Shown here in pieces: positions 63,501 through 64,000 of a stretch of DNA of 64,000 nucleotides (positions are counted from its first letter, which is position 1; every line of letters begins with the position of its first letter). This DNA is from the human T2T-CHM13v2.0 reference genome, Homo sapiens. The position numbers and the translations under genes were made by a program. The notes beneath the pieces were generated by a model that was not told the origin of the DNA, did no database searches, and saw only the letters and a program-made list of their open reading frames with translations. The stretch lies in NCBI RefSeq assembly GCF_009914755.1, contig NC_060940.1; one strand, 5' to 3'.

Positions 63501-64000
63501 CGGGCAGGACGCTGTCGCAGCCATCACAGTCTTGCCATGTTTTTAAAGCGACCAGGGTGAGTCTGGGCCTGTCCTCTGGCTTAAGCCCAGAGCCCCTAGC
63601 CATCAAAGGTGCCATCAAAGGTGCCCTGACCCTCTGCCCTGCACCCTGTGGACAGTGCCCAGGGCCTGGTCTTCTACAGCACCCTGCCGGTTGAGCAAAG
63701 CCTGGAAAGGCTGGGGGAGAGTGGTGAGCTCAGAGGCTGGAGTGAAAAATCTTCCCTGCTCCCCAAAGGGCCGCAAATGGGACCCAGATGTCTGGGGCCT
63801 GCTTGCCCCGTGGCCGCACACAAAGGAAGCACATTCCTTGCCCAGCTGCTAGAGCTGCGCTGCCAACAGCAACTCCCTGAGCGCCCTGGGGGAGGTGGCC
63901 CCACAATCTGGGCCGCCCGCTGCCGGGGCGGGGTGGGGGTGGGGGTGTGGCTGCCAGCCGGGGGCAGGGGTGGAGGGAGGAAGGGGCGCTGTCCTTACCC

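Overview
GC-rich primate genomic DNA that I recognise from the encoded proteins as human 16q24.3. In order: (1) GALNS exon 1 plus the start of its intron 1 (minus strand); the intron holds an L1PA 5' end, Alus and a split MER33. (2) A ~270-bp CpG-island bidirectional promoter with GC boxes, CLEAR/E-boxes and a YY1 site. (3) The complete TRAPPC2L gene (plus, 5 coding exons, 139/140 aa). (4) The complete PABPN1L gene (minus, 7 coding exons, 278 aa), with a solo MER4-group LTR upstream. (5) CBFA2T3/MTG16 exons 2-12 and 3' UTR (minus; exon 1 lies beyond the right edge), with introns rich in minisatellites. I read all exon junctions by hand and the phases add up. Nearly all ORFs in the supplied track are GC-rich or repeat noise. 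I see no convincing wholly new gene or system. The best leads are: the PABPN1L exon 6 acceptor reads CAC instead of CAG; TRAPPC2L intron 2 carries U12 (minor spliceosome) signals; the solo LTR has an intact TATA box and a degenerate polyA signal and points at PABPN1L; the shared promoter is built from a triplicated GC-box/E-box module; and the L1 antisense promoter/ORF0 remnant points along GALNS.
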